IMG/VR virus record: IMGVR_UViG_3300050150_000084
Location: 19,052 to 83,051 of that record
Source: a virus
Strand: one strand, 5' to 3'
Length of the DNA: 64,000 bases
Positions within the stretch are counted from its first letter, which is position 1. Each line of letters opens with the position of its first letter. Position numbers and translations under genes: made by a program. Below, one piece after another: positions 36,304 through 47,124 of the stretch. Below the pieces are notes generated by a model. It did not search any database. It saw only the letters and a program-made list of their open reading frames with translations, and had not been told where the DNA came from.

Positions 36304-38694
36304 ATGAACTTTAACCACGACACTGGCTTAATTGATAGCCTCTTGACAATCGACACAACCGTTGCTCCTCCGCTCGGGGGCACGACGCAGTCGCTGCAGA
36401 TCACTGGTACTGGCGCCATTTATCTACCTCTTGGTACGACCGCTCAACGCCCAGCAAACTCTGCAGGTATGCTCCGCTACAACACCGAAAGTAGTGTTCT
36501 AGAATACAACACCGGCACGGTTTGGTCAAGTCTTGCAACCGGTGGCGGTACTGTAACGTCGGTTGCAGTTTCAGGTGGTACGGGTCTGTCCGTATCGGGC
36601 TCACCAATCACCAGCTCCGGCACAATTACGCTGTCTCTGGACGCAGGTCTGCAAACCCTAGCCTCGTTGGCAACGGTTGGTATGATCTCTCAGTCCGCTG
36701 CAGATACTTTCGTAGCTCGTACAATTACTGGGACAGCAAGCAACATCACCGTATCGAATGGCGACGGCGCTTCCGGCAACCCAACTATCGACTTGGCCAC
36801 GGTTACGCAGGGCTCAACCGGCACCTCATTTGTTAAGGTTCAGTTGGATTCGAAGGGTCGTGTTATCAACAACACCGCAGTTGTGGCATCCGATATTACC
36901 ACTCTCGTTGACGCAACATACGTAAACGTGTCCGGCGACTCCATGTCGTCTGGTGCAAACTTGACGTTCTCCGGAGGCGGTGAAGTTCTGGGCCTACCAG
37001 CAACTCCAACCACGTCTGGTTCGGCTGTCTCCAAAGCCTACGTGGACTCGTTGCTGCAAGGTTTGGATCCTAAGCAGTCTGTTCGTGTAACCACTACTAC
37101 CTCTGGTACTCTTGCTTCTTCGTTTGTTAACGGCGCTACCGTTGACGGTGTGACCCTGGTTACCGGCGATCGTATCCTAATCAAGAACCAAGCTACAGCT
37201 TCTGAAAACGGCATCTACATTGTAACGGCTGGTACACCAACACGTGCAACTGACTTTGATGCGTGGTCGGAAATTCCTGGCGCCTTTGTCTTTGTTGAAG
37301 AAGGTACAACTAACAAAGACACTGGTTGGGTCTCTACGTCCGACCAAGGTGGTACGCTCGGTTCTACTAACATCACATTCGTGCAGTTTGGTGGTGCTGG
37401 CACGTACACCGCAGGCACAGGTTTGACGCTGTCCGGCACAACATTCTCGATCACCGCTCCAATCGCTGTTTCTTTGGGTGGTACTGGTCTAACTTCTGCG
37501 CCCGCCAATGGTCAACTGTTGATCGGTAACGCTACAGGCTACACACTAGCTACTCTAACAGCAGGCACGGGTATTGGTGTCGCAAACGCCGCCGGTTCAA
37601 TCACGATTTCTAACAGTGGTGTTACCGCTCTTGCTGGTACCGCTAACCAGATCACAGCATCAGCATCTACTGGTTCAGTGACTTTGTCACTGCCTTCAGC
37701 AATTACCGCCCCAGGCTCCCTGACGGTTACTACTAACCTGACTGTGTCGGGCTTGACAGCAAACTCCATGGTGTACTCCGGTACGGCTGGGTTGTTGACG
37801 GCTACTGCTGCTCCCACCAACGGTCAGATTCTGATTGGTTCAACCGGTGCTGCTCCAACACTAGCTACCCTAACAGCAGGCACAGGCATCGGTGTTGCAA
37901 ACGCTGCTGGCTCGATTACGATTTCTAACAGTGGTGTTACATCGTTCACACAGACAGTACCATCGATCATGTCGATTACTGGTGCTTCGGCGGCCACAGG
38001 TGCGGTAAGTGCTGCAATCACACTGGCTAACCAAACCACAAACACCGTCTTCGCAGCTCCTAACGGTTCAACCGGAACGCCAACGTTCCGTGCTCTGGTC
38101 GCCGCTGACATTGGTGGTGCTCTGCAATTGTGGCGCGAAAACGTGTCCTCCCCAACTACGCCGATTGCAACTGGCACCAACTCAGTTGCAATCGGTTCTA
38201 GCTCCAGTGCTGGTGCGCAACATGCAATAGCATTTGGTCCAGGTACTTCTGCTACCTTGTACGGTCAGCGCGCTTACGCTAACGGAACATTCGCAACTGC
38301 TGGTGACGCGCAAGCATCCACATATGTGATGCGCAATATCACATCTACCGCAACCGTGACTGAACTGTTCTTGGATGGATCAGCAACTCGCCTGGTTATG
38401 CCAAACAACAGCGTTTGGACATTCTCAATCTTGATCTCTGGTCGTCGTACTGATGCGACGGGTGGTGGTGCAGGGTATCGTGTGGATGGTGTTATCAGGA
38501 AAGATACAACTGCTGCGTCCGCTGCGCTTGTTGGTGCGGTCACCAAATCGATCTTAGGTGAAACCAATGCAGCGTGGGACGTAACCGTCTCCGCTGATAC
38601 AACTAACGGTGCTCTACGTGTTCAGGTAACAGGTGAAGCTGCAAAAACAATTCGCTGGGTTGCAGTGGTACAAACAGCTGAAGTTACAAACTAA
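36304..38694 (+). CDS. Tail fibre protein
   Basis: T/G/S/A-rich, GTTAQRP module, AVSKAYVD knob, internal duplication, C-terminal domain ending EVTN. Confidence 0.75.
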   Translation: MNFNHDTGLIDSLLTIDTTVAPPLGGTTQSLQITGTGAIYLPLGTTAQRPANSAGMLRYNTESSVLEYNTGTVWSSLATGGGTVTSVAVSGGTGLSVSGSPITSSGTITLSLDAGLQTLASLATVGMISQSAADTFVARTITGTASNITVSNGDGASGNPTIDLATVTQGSTGTSFVKVQLDSKGRVINNTAVVASDITTLVDATYVNVSGDSMSSGANLTFSGGGEVLGLPATPTTSGSAVSKAYVDSLLQGLDPKQSVRVTTTTSGTLASSFVNGATVDGVTLVTGDRILIKNQATASENGIYIVTAGTPTRATDFDAWSEIPGAFVFVEEGTTNKDTGWVSTSDQGGTLGSTNITFVQFGGAGTYTAGTGLTLSGTTFSITAPIAVSLGGTGLTSAPANGQLLIGNATGYTLATLTAGTGIGVANAAGSITISNSGVTALAGTANQITASASTGSVTLSLPSAITAPGSLTVTTNLTVSGLTANSMVYSGTAGLLTATAAPTNGQILIGSTGAAPTLATLTAGTGIGVANAAGSITISNSGVTSFTQTVPSIMSITGASAATGAVSAAITLANQTTNTVFAAPNGSTGTPTFRALVAADIGGALQLWRENVSSPTTPIATGTNSVAIGSSSSAGAQHAIAFGPGTSATLYGQRAYANGTFATAGDAQASTYVMRNITSTATVTELFLDGSATRLVMPNNSVWTFSILISGRRTDATGGGAGYRVDGVIRKDTTAASAALVGAVTKSILGETNAAWDVTVSADTTNGALRVQVTGEAAKTIRWVAVVQTAEVTN
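37543..37941 (+). repeat. Internal direct repeat in the fibre gene (84 nt: 37543-37626 and 37858-37941)
   Basis: Both copies encode TLATLTAGTGIGVANAAGSITISNSGVT; 11 nucleotide differences, all synonymous. Confidence 0.9.
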
Positions 38695-38713
38695 TCCTTT
38701 AAGGTGATTGTGA

Positions 38714-41410
38714 ATGGAATTTGACCACAGCACCGACTCGATCAATCCTGACGACCAGCCATACGTCACACTTGGTGGCATTACGGGTGTCAGGATTCCG
38801 GTTGGCACATCTGCTCAGCGACCTACCGTTGCTGACGGCGTACTACGCTTTAATACTGATATCAACGCCTTGGAAGTGGGGTTGGGATCGTCCTTTAAGA
38901 CGATCGAATCTTCGGGCGAAAATGGCTCATTTCAGTTAGTCACAGCTGCTGGCACCTCCCAAGCCAACGCAACTGCAGTTACAGCTCGCACTGTAGCTAT
39001 TTCGTCAGCTACCGCGGGGTCGGGTGTCGTACTGCCAGCAATTACGGCCCAGACAGTTGGCCGAACGATTGTTGTTGGAAATGCGTCCGGAACTGACGTG
39101 CTGATCTACCCTGCCACAGGACAGCAGATCAGCAATCTTGGAGCTAACACACCAGTCACAATCCCCGCTGCACAAGGCGGGGGTAGTTACACGCTAGTAG
39201 CAGCAACAACCACAGTCTGGTCTATTTTAAGTATTTTCTCTGTTGGTGGGTCATTGGCTGCCAATGGTGTTATTGCGGTTGACACAGCTGGCGATCGCTT
39301 ACGCTATCGCCAGCTTGTTCAGGGCTCTGGTATCACCATCACTCACGCGACAGATTCCATTACAATCGCTGCGTCTGGAGGATCAGGCACGGTTACGTCG
39401 GTAGCTGCAACAGGCCCAACAAGCGGGTTTTCCGTATCAGGATCGCCAATTACAACGAGTGGGACGCTAACATTTTCCCTCACCAACGACCTTGCGGCTG
39501 TCGAAGGATTGACGACCACGGGTATTGTCCGCCGGACTGCAGCTGATACGTGGTCGGCTGGAACCGCAGTAAGTTTGACCTCGGAAGTCACCGGAATTCT
39601 CGGTGCAACGAATGGAGGTACGGGGTTAGGATCGTATGCGATTGGTGACATCTTATACGCCTCTGCCACTAATGCACTAAGCAGTTTAGCAGACGTAGCC
39701 ACAGGCAATGCCTTAATTTCGGGTGGTGTAGGTGCTGCCCCGGCTTGGGGTAAGATCGGGCTAACAACACACGTCACTGGCAATTTACCCGTAACAAATC
39801 TGAACAGCGGAACGGGGGCGTCATCCTCTACGTTCTGGCGTGGAGACGGCACGTGGGCAACCCCTTCGGGTGGCTCATCAGGAAATGTTGGATACAACAC
39901 GGTTCTATTCGGCACTTCATACTACGTACGACAATTTGGCGTAAACACAGCAGCCGCATCTGCTGGGGTGACGTCAAATGGAACGGTAATTACCTTCAAT
40001 TCAACAAATCCACATTATTGCATCCCTGGCCAACGAGTGTTCCTAAGCTCACCAGCTGGTACAACGGCTTTCGATCTTCAGCGCGTGTTGGGAACGATTA
40101 CCGCCGTGTCTGGTAATACGCTCACAATCACCCCTGACCCAACCACGCCGATTTTACAATCAGCAGGATCGTCAGTTACCGCCTGGGAAATGCAAGTGTT
40201 TGATCGATACATGCCGGGGTCATCATTCCGATACGCAAATAACCTACTAAATGGAGCATTGTCTCTATCGGCGTCGTGGGCTACTTCTGGTATTACCACT
40301 TCAAATCTGTACACTAATTTGAGCAGGATGCTCGCCCTGAACCCTGATATCATCATCGGCGACTTTGGCATCTGGAATGACGTTGAGAACGGCTCAATTA
40401 CAACTCCAGCTGGTGGAGCAGGATCTCCAATCAGTTCGCTCCTGTCAATGCTTACAACAACACTACAGACGGGTGCGTGGGTTGTGTTTGAAGGATTCGC
40501 AGCAGCAACTTTCACAACAGCAACTATTGCATCACTCGCGTTCGAAGTAATGCAACGCGTCAAGACGTTATCCATCCAATACCCCAAACTACTGATACTA
40601 GACAAGTGGGCTCTAACAGTCAACCCAATGACGGGTATTGGTGATGCTGATCTGTTCCAGACAGACGGTGAACACCCAGCACAGAAAATGTCTTATGTTG
40701 CCGGCTATTGGCTCGCACGACTTTTACGAGACTCGGGAGCCGTACCCATCATCCCCGCATCACCCCTAGCATCATCGATTAATGATCGGTATGCTGCCTC
40801 GTCCTTATCAACGAATTTGTACAATGGTGGTTGGTCTGCGACGGGCGTAGCTGCTAGCGTGTATGATACACACGCTACTGGCGTGTTTGAATCAAACATG
40901 TCATACGGCATTGAAAACAACACTGGAGGTGGGACCACGTCTGCTTGTAGTCTAGTTGCTCGAGCCGACGGGTATGGGCATGATCAAGTAATCGTTGCCA
41001 CCCGCACAACGGGTGTTGGTGATAGTTATCACCAACACATAATTGGATTTGAAGGTTCGGGCGCTGGATTTATCGTCAACATGAGTGGCGGTCATTCATA
41101 CCAGGCGGCAGTTGACATGAGCATCTCTGGATCTATGTCGACAATCTCTTCCATATCGGTGTATTTTAACGTTGGGTATACCCTGTCATCCGTGTCGTAT
41201 ACGACACGGGCGTCAGCTCTAACCGACGCAACCGATTACCCTCTTGGTGCTGTAACTACACCCTTCCAAGAAAACCTCATATGTCCCACGGTGACAATAC
41301 CAGCAGGCGCCACACTAACATCCGCAGTGTTGGTGGTAATGCTGTACACCACTGATGCGGGCGTAGTTAACATCAAACTTGGCCGTTGTGCTATAAGGCA
41401 AGTAGCATGA
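38714..41410 (+). CDS. Tail fibre/spike with an SGNH/GDSL hydrolase domain
   Basis: Fibre-like N-terminus shared with 36304; VLFGTS (block I), FGIWNDV (block III), TDGEHP (block V). Confidence 0.7.
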   Translation: MEFDHSTDSINPDDQPYVTLGGITGVRIPVGTSAQRPTVADGVLRFNTDINALEVGLGSSFKTIESSGENGSFQLVTAAGTSQANATAVTARTVAISSATAGSGVVLPAITAQTVGRTIVVGNASGTDVLIYPATGQQISNLGANTPVTIPAAQGGGSYTLVAATTTVWSILSIFSVGGSLAANGVIAVDTAGDRLRYRQLVQGSGITITHATDSITIAASGGSGTVTSVAATGPTSGFSVSGSPITTSGTLTFSLTNDLAAVEGLTTTGIVRRTAADTWSAGTAVSLTSEVTGILGATNGGTGLGSYAIGDILYASATNALSSLADVATGNALISGGVGAAPAWGKIGLTTHVTGNLPVTNLNSGTGASSSTFWRGDGTWATPSGGSSGNVGYNTVLFGTSYYVRQFGVNTAAASAGVTSNGTVITFNSTNPHYCIPGQRVFLSSPAGTTAFDLQRVLGTITAVSGNTLTITPDPTTPILQSAGSSVTAWEMQVFDRYMPGSSFRYANNLLNGALSLSASWATSGITTSNLYTNLSRMLALNPDIIIGDFGIWNDVENGSITTPAGGAGSPISSLLSMLTTTLQTGAWVVFEGFAAATFTTATIASLAFEVMQRVKTLSIQYPKLLILDKWALTVNPMTGIGDADLFQTDGEHPAQKMSYVAGYWLARLLRDSGAVPIIPASPLASSINDRYAASSLSTNLYNGGWSATGVAASVYDTHATGVFESNMSYGIENNTGGGTTSACSLVARADGYGHDQVIVATRTTGVGDSYHQHIIGFEGSGAGFIVNMSGGHSYQAAVDMSISGSMSTISSISVYFNVGYTLSSVSYTTRASALTDATDYPLGAVTTPFQENLICPTVTIPAGATLTSAVLVVMLYTTDAGVVNIKLGRCAIRQVA

Positions 41411-41973
41411 GCAATTCTCTCACCCGAATTTATTACACCGATCCACTAACCCTTCCGCCTGCTAAGTATATGACGGGTGAGACGGCGTGGATGCTGGTAC
41501 AGAGCACAGGACAGGCATATTCCGTTTTGTCAAACGGAACGGTTTGGATTGCCACCAGCCCCGCCCACATTGGCACATTTGCTACGTTACCTGCACCATC
41601 TTCGGTAGTAACGGGGTCATATGCGTATGCTACAGACCGACAGTACGCAATGTACACAAATACCGGAAGTGTTTGGATCCCCGAAGGATTGGCCTCAGGG
41701 ACGGCAATTCTAGACTTTGGAACAGGTCTCGGCACACAAGAAGCTAGTGTGGTTGTGACCGGTCAAGCAAACATTACCTCTGCGTCAACACCATTCGCAG
41801 TCATTGGTCCTAACGCATCAACGTCAACTCACAGCGTCTCTGATCATAGATACTTCGGTCTGTTTGCGTCACTAGTCTGTGATACGATCGTAGCAGGTAC
41901 AGGTTTTACAATATACGGATATGCTCGAGAACAGCTCACTGGGCAATTCCAAGTTACATGGCAATGGAGCTAA
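41407..41973 (+). CDS. Fibre-cluster structural protein
   Basis: ATGA overlap with the previous gene; T/G/S-rich. Confidence 0.6.
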   Translation: MSNSLTRIYYTDPLTLPPAKYMTGETAWMLVQSTGQAYSVLSNGTVWIATSPAHIGTFATLPAPSSVVTGSYAYATDRQYAMYTNTGSVWIPEGLASGTAILDFGTGLGTQEASVVVTGQANITSASTPFAVIGPNASTSTHSVSDHRYFGLFASLVCDTIVAGTGFTIYGYAREQLTGQFQVTWQWS

Positions 41974-41984
41974 GGAGTTAATAT

Positions 41985-43502
41985 ATGGCAATGGATGTAG
42001 ATATCGTTGGTGGCGTAAGCGGCAATAAAGCTGAAGTGGACTCCAACAACAACGTAAAGGTCAACCTTCCGACCACCCCGACCCAAGCGGGCTTCACACA
42101 ATTGACTGACGTGTGGACCACGTCAGTCCCATCAACCGCTCGCAAGGCTCGTATTACGGTTGATGGTGATTTGTACACTGGACAGCGTCAAATTGTGTAC
42201 CGAACTGACTTCAATAACGCGGTTGCAACAACTCCAATGTCTAGCCAGTGGCTAGCAGAAGCAACGACGATGGCAATGGCTGTTAACGGTGGCTTCTTGC
42301 GTCTCAACAGTGGTTCGATCACCACTGTTACCACTGGTGTTCAGATGCACTCATGCCGCACGTTTAATATTGAAGACGGGGCAGCTATCGCTGGTAGATT
42401 TACCGTTAAAACAAACAACGGAGCTGTAACAAACAAGCAGTTTGATCTTGGTTTCGGTATGTCTGTACCTGTTGCCGGGCAAGGTAACAATCCGATTGAA
42501 TTTACGGGCTTTCGGTGGACCACGGGTGGCGCGTTTATTGGGGTGTTGGAATACTCCGTTGGTGGTGCTTCAACAGCAATCACAGTGAACTTGAACGGGG
42601 GCGTCCCACTCGCTGACAGCGTAACGCACGCCTATGAAGTAATCATTACCAACGACCACGTTGAATTCTGGATTGATAACGTATATGCAAACACGATTTC
42701 AATGGCGTCAGCTGGTTCGGGATTGTTCAAAGCCAACGGCTACCCCCTATTCATGCGCGCGTTTAACTCTGCATCTGCCCCAGCGCTCGCACCCTCGTTG
42801 GACATCGCTGATGTTTCCGTTCTGCGGCTAGGCCCTGGTGTTGACATTCCACAACAATTTCGCCAGGTGTTGGCAGGTCGCCATAGCCTATACCAACAAA
42901 CAGGTCTGACAGCGACCGACGGTTCGACCGCTCTGGTTCCTGCATCTGGTACGGCACCGACAGCCGGTGTTGGATCCAACACAGCTACCACATTCACGGG
43001 ATTGGGTGGCGTATATCGATGCACATTAACAGGCGTGACTGGTGCTCACGTCAACGTGATTCTGTCAGACTACACAAATCCCAACGTCCCCGTCGCGGTC
43101 GGCGCCGCAAACGATGCTCGTAACTTAGTGATCACTGATATCATGATTAGCCCGACGGTGGTATCAACAGCACTAACAGGCGGTGGATTTATTGGAACCT
43201 ACTTCGTTGCAGTTGGTGGATCAGCAGTATCCCTAGCGACCACAACGGCGAACGGTACAACCGCTGTTGCAACAAAAGCTCCACGTATCCTGATGCTAAC
43301 AGCAACAGATAACTTCGCAGCAACAGCGGCTGCGGGTACTGTTGGTACTCGCACCGGCGACTCTTCTATCCGCCTATCTACGCCTATTGTCGTGCATCCT
43401 GGCGAACACTTGGTGTGTGGATTCCGTGTAATGTACGCTACCGCCGCAGTTACTGCGGGTGCTATAGACGGATCAATCAGCTTCAGCGGATACTGGGATT
43501 AA
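41985..43502 (+). CDS. Structural protein with a concanavalin-A/lectin-like domain
   Basis: HAYEVIITNDHVEFWIDN pattern; SD AAGGAG. Confidence 0.6.
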   Translation: MAMDVDIVGGVSGNKAEVDSNNNVKVNLPTTPTQAGFTQLTDVWTTSVPSTARKARITVDGDLYTGQRQIVYRTDFNNAVATTPMSSQWLAEATTMAMAVNGGFLRLNSGSITTVTTGVQMHSCRTFNIEDGAAIAGRFTVKTNNGAVTNKQFDLGFGMSVPVAGQGNNPIEFTGFRWTTGGAFIGVLEYSVGGASTAITVNLNGGVPLADSVTHAYEVIITNDHVEFWIDNVYANTISMASAGSGLFKANGYPLFMRAFNSASAPALAPSLDIADVSVLRLGPGVDIPQQFRQVLAGRHSLYQQTGLTATDGSTALVPASGTAPTAGVGSNTATTFTGLGGVYRCTLTGVTGAHVNVILSDYTNPNVPVAVGAANDARNLVITDIMISPTVVSTALTGGGFIGTYFVAVGGSAVSLATTTANGTTAVATKAPRILMLTATDNFAATAAAGTVGTRTGDSSIRLSTPIVVHPGEHLVCGFRVMYATAAVTAGAIDGSISFSGYWD

Positions 43503-43513
43503 CTTACCCGAAC

Positions 43514-43543
43514 AAAAATGGCCTCCTAGGAGGCCATTTTTTT
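43514..43543. terminator. Bidirectional intrinsic terminator between convergent genes
   Basis: Perfect palindrome aaaaatggcctcctaggaggccattttt. Confidence 0.85.
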
Positions 43544-43562
43544 ATGTTTTTGGTGTGCCAAA

Positions 43563-44069
43563 TCACTTGGTGAGTTTGTCGAATAGGCGACGAGGACTAA
43601 TGACACAATCGTCTAAGCCCTCGGTTCGTGCTACAAACTCCGAGCAAATCTCGTACTTGAAGTCCACAGCTGGGAGCTTCCAACCAACTGCATTCTCCAG
43701 CCCCTCGCGCAAACCAACGTAGAGCAACGTCCAATCGCTGTACTCTTCGCGTCCAACACGCGATAAGGCATCAGTCATGATTGACTCCCATGGTTTAATA
43801 GCGCGAACGAGCGTAAACGTGCGGTTGTGATAGTAACTCATGCTGACAATACGTCGTTTGGATTTGTGGGATGCTTCCACGCACATTAATCGCCTTTCGG
43901 GACCAATGTTAGCCCAGAACGCTAAATTGACATGCGTGAATGGCGAACCAGTCACCGCAGAAATCAAACGACTAAACCAGTGATTTGTACGATGAAGAAA
44001 AACAACATCACCGTCTTGCGCAATCGACCGCAATTCATCATATGTGAGATTGGATAAAACTTGTTCCAT
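43563..44069 (-). CDS. Permuted papain-like NlpC/P60 amidase (YaeF/YiiX family)
   Basis: GDVVF..SRLISAVTGSPFTHV (His before Cys)..ICSEFVA; late box at 44099-44104 on -. Confidence 0.8.
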   Translation of the reverse strand: MEQVLSNLTYDELRSIAQDGDVVFLHRTNHWFSRLISAVTGSPFTHVNLAFWANIGPERRLMCVEASHKSKRRIVSMSYYHNRTFTLVRAIKPWESIMTDALSRVGREEYSDWTLLYVGLREGLENAVGWKLPAVDFKYEICSEFVARTEGLDDCVISPRRLFDKLTK

Positions 44070-44171
44070 AGTAGCTCCTATAGTGGGAAACGCCTAAGTA
44101 TTTACGTGATTTGTACCCCAAAACCAATCCCATATTGATAAATACTAAATCTCTCTTTGGAGTCAATCATC

Positions 44172-45713
44172 ATGCGTATTCCGTTTCGCCAGGGACTTGT
44201 AACTGCACCTCCCAATTTCTTGCAAGCCAATGGCTCGGCTGTCAATCTAGTAATCGCACAGCCAGCTGTATTAGTGGCCACCATCGCGGACAAACAAGCC
44301 AACTACCTAATTTCAGAACGCAGTCCGATTACAAACGCCTGGACGGGCCCGTTTGTTGCCGGCACTACCTATTGGTTATACATTGAAATCAATCGTCTAA
44401 CTGGCCAACGTACCTTCGGTCACACTCTTCTCGAACCAATTGAGGCTGCTGTTGCTCCAAGCAATCCCACAAACGGTCAAATGTGGTTCGATACCACACT
44501 AAATCAGATGAAGGAGTGGAACGCAACAGCCGTTCGTTGGATTGAGAAACTTCGTGTGTTAGCAGCTCGGTACTCGGCTGGAGCTACCTTCATCAGTGTT
44601 AGTTATAATTCTCCAAGCTTTACAGGAACACAGATTGGGTCACTGCAGAGTACCCCAATCGCTGCTGGCGCTCTGATGTACGATGAGAACGGTGACCCCA
44701 TCAAACGTAATAATGGATACTTTTTTACCACCGAGGACGTAGTTACTGCTAGTATTGCCTCATCTACTCACGTAAAACTCGGATCGGTAGTGGTTGAAGC
44801 TGTTGCGGAAAGCAATATTCCTGCCTATCGTGTCGTACAGTTCGTCGATTTTAACAAGGTTGAAATGGCCATAAACGCATCTATGATAAACACAGGTGCA
44901 TATGGTATGGTTGAAGTGGATGCTGTTACAGGTACGGTGGTGAACGTGGTGTTGGACGGCGTCATCACCAACACTAACTGGAATTGGCTAAACGTGAATG
45001 AGGCTATATACGTTGGTGTTGACGGAGAGCTCACAACATCAGTACCCGCAAACGCTATCGTGGTTGGATACGTTGTTGACCGCAACACGATTGTACTGCG
45101 ACCATCCCTAGCCACGGTAAACATCACCGCAGGTGGGGGTGGGACAAACGTAGGCCCAGCCACTACCAGCACGCTTGGCATCGTTCGGTTATCTACCACT
45201 TCCGCTACTCCAAGTCAGCCTGTAGTGGTGGAGACATCCGACCCCAGACTCACTACGCAACGAGACGATGTGTACGTTGCGCCTAATCAAACCGCGGTAC
45301 CTACAGTACTTAACACCGTAGCTCCGTCAGGACTAATTAGTCCTCTACAAGTGTATCGGAACGGAGTTCTCCAAAAATACGGCCCTGCTGCAACAAACAC
45401 TACCACCACCCTCACTGCTAGTATTACCGCTGGGTCAAACGTGCTTCATTTTGCTAGTACTAACGGTGCGTTGGTTCCAGGCGCGCGCATCACTCACATT
45501 TCTCTACCTACCAACACTGTTATTACATCAGTTGACAATAGTCAATTGATTGCACAACTATCAGCTATCCTCCCATCTTCACAGGGAAACATCACAAACG
45601 GTACATTTAGCGTTGGTGGTATGTTGGGAGGTAGTTATGTTGTAACTGGAGCCCATGAAGTTCAATTTAATGAACCTCTGGACGGCGGCGACGTAATCAC
45701 ATTCGTGGTATAA
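44172..45713 (+). CDS. Virion structural protein (fibre/decoration-like)
   Basis: SD GGAG; late box at 44138-44144; contains the GQMWFDTT..W repeat also seen in gp13. Confidence 0.6.
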   Translation: MRIPFRQGLVTAPPNFLQANGSAVNLVIAQPAVLVATIADKQANYLISERSPITNAWTGPFVAGTTYWLYIEINRLTGQRTFGHTLLEPIEAAVAPSNPTNGQMWFDTTLNQMKEWNATAVRWIEKLRVLAARYSAGATFISVSYNSPSFTGTQIGSLQSTPIAAGALMYDENGDPIKRNNGYFFTTEDVVTASIASSTHVKLGSVVVEAVAESNIPAYRVVQFVDFNKVEMAINASMINTGAYGMVEVDAVTGTVVNVVLDGVITNTNWNWLNVNEAIYVGVDGELTTSVPANAIVVGYVVDRNTIVLRPSLATVNITAGGGGTNVGPATTSTLGIVRLSTTSATPSQPVVVETSDPRLTTQRDDVYVAPNQTAVPTVLNTVAPSGLISPLQVYRNGVLQKYGPAATNTTTTLTASITAGSNVLHFASTNGALVPGARITHISLPTNTVITSVDNSQLIAQLSAILPSSQGNITNGTFSVGGMLGGSYVVTGAHEVQFNEPLDGGDVITFVV

Positions 45714-45733
45714 CTTTTTGATTGATTCTTAAT

Positions 45734-46459
45734 ATGACACAAAAGAAAATTACAAGCTCGCAGGTTGAGCTATCCCTCGACAATCTAACAGACGTGGATG
45801 CCATCTCTCCAACGGGTGGCGATGTGTTAACATATGAGTCGATGGCCGGTCGGTGGGTGCCAGCAGCACCAGCGGCTGGCGGCGGAGGAGGAAGTCCTAC
45901 GTCACAGATCATTCAGCTGGAAGGCGTGTTTTCATTTGGTGGGTCGCAAACAACATGGACCGATCACGGCACTGGCGGAACGATGCCTCTCTCAATGCCA
46001 ACATATCTCACATTGGATCCGTACGGAGCAGCCCTGTTACCAATAGTGCAAGGTCTATATGAGATTCAAGTAATTGCGTCGATGTATGTTACTAACCCAA
46101 CCCCAGATTGGCCATTAGGCGTTGACACAACATATGGTAGTAGCATTACATTCAATGATTCATACAACTACGTAGTAGGCGCAGCATCTAGCCACCCATC
46201 AACAGTTGGTGTGTTAGCACACCAACGTCGTCACTTCCGGCCAACAGCAACAACCACAATAGGAATGGGTATTTTTTCATCAGCAGTTAGTTGGTCCGAT
46301 CACTATTTGGTAAACATCGGATCTACAGACTTTGGCTCTGGTACTACCACAATGACCCTTAGCCTAGACACATCAGGATACGAAACCGGAGGAATAACGG
46401 GCGTGTCGCAAGTCGTGCTTAGGGTCACCAAGTTGGCTGATATTCGATTGTTGGGCTAA
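45734..46459 (+). CDS. Hypothetical structural protein
   Basis: LDNLTDVD..GDVLTY..W module typical of fibre segments. Confidence 0.55.
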   Translation: MTQKKITSSQVELSLDNLTDVDAISPTGGDVLTYESMAGRWVPAAPAAGGGGGSPTSQIIQLEGVFSFGGSQTTWTDHGTGGTMPLSMPTYLTLDPYGAALLPIVQGLYEIQVIASMYVTNPTPDWPLGVDTTYGSSITFNDSYNYVVGAASSHPSTVGVLAHQRRHFRPTATTTIGMGIFSSAVSWSDHYLVNIGSTDFGSGTTTMTLSLDTSGYETGGITGVSQVVLRVTKLADIRLLG

Positions 46460-47101
46460 ATGTCACTGACAGTAGCAACCCTTACTCAATTTACAAACGC
46501 AGATGGTCTGTCCCGGTGCAAAACTTCGATAGCTAATGCGTTACCGAGTGGGGGTAAGCATGTGATTATCCCATGCTATAACACCTTTGAACGTGACAGG
46601 TACGAGTCTCTATTCATTGACGAATACGTAGCTGTTGTTGATGATGACGATACGATTGATCCGCACTCACTTCGCTTGTGCGTTGAGGCTTTGCAAGAAA
46701 ACCCAACCGTAGGCTTAGCGTTCACAAATGAAGTGATCGTCTCTCCGACAGGAGAACAGACTTATGGTAACACAAACCGTCGAACGTGGTTAGAAGTTGC
46801 CATACATCCACGGACAATTCATCACCTTGCGGTGTTTAGGAGCTCAATGGTTTGCCACGAAGCTAAGCAATTATCAGACCGCTTTGGGTTTGGAATTGAT
46901 TGGTTTTTACGAGCCACCACTGCACTAACACATGGGGCTATCCATGTGAACTATCCTGGATACTTTTGGCACCAACATCACGCAATGATGACTCACCAGT
47001 TTCGTAACCGATATGCTGCACATCACCGCGACATGGGAATGGCTTTAACCAACATGTACGCCCCATCAAACGGGATCATTCCCACACACAATCATAAATA
47101 A
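46460..47101 (+). CDS. GT-A fold glycosyltransferase (family 2-like)
   Basis: EYVAVVDDDDTIDP (DxD), HHLAVFR, GIDW..L; abuts the previous stop codon. Confidence 0.65.
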   Translation: MSLTVATLTQFTNADGLSRCKTSIANALPSGGKHVIIPCYNTFERDRYESLFIDEYVAVVDDDDTIDPHSLRLCVEALQENPTVGLAFTNEVIVSPTGEQTYGNTNRRTWLEVAIHPRTIHHLAVFRSSMVCHEAKQLSDRFGFGIDWFLRATTALTHGAIHVNYPGYFWHQHHAMMTHQFRNRYAAHHRDMGMALTNMYAPSNGIIPTHNHK

Positions 47102-47124
47102 CCGCACCATAGGAAGATACTACC

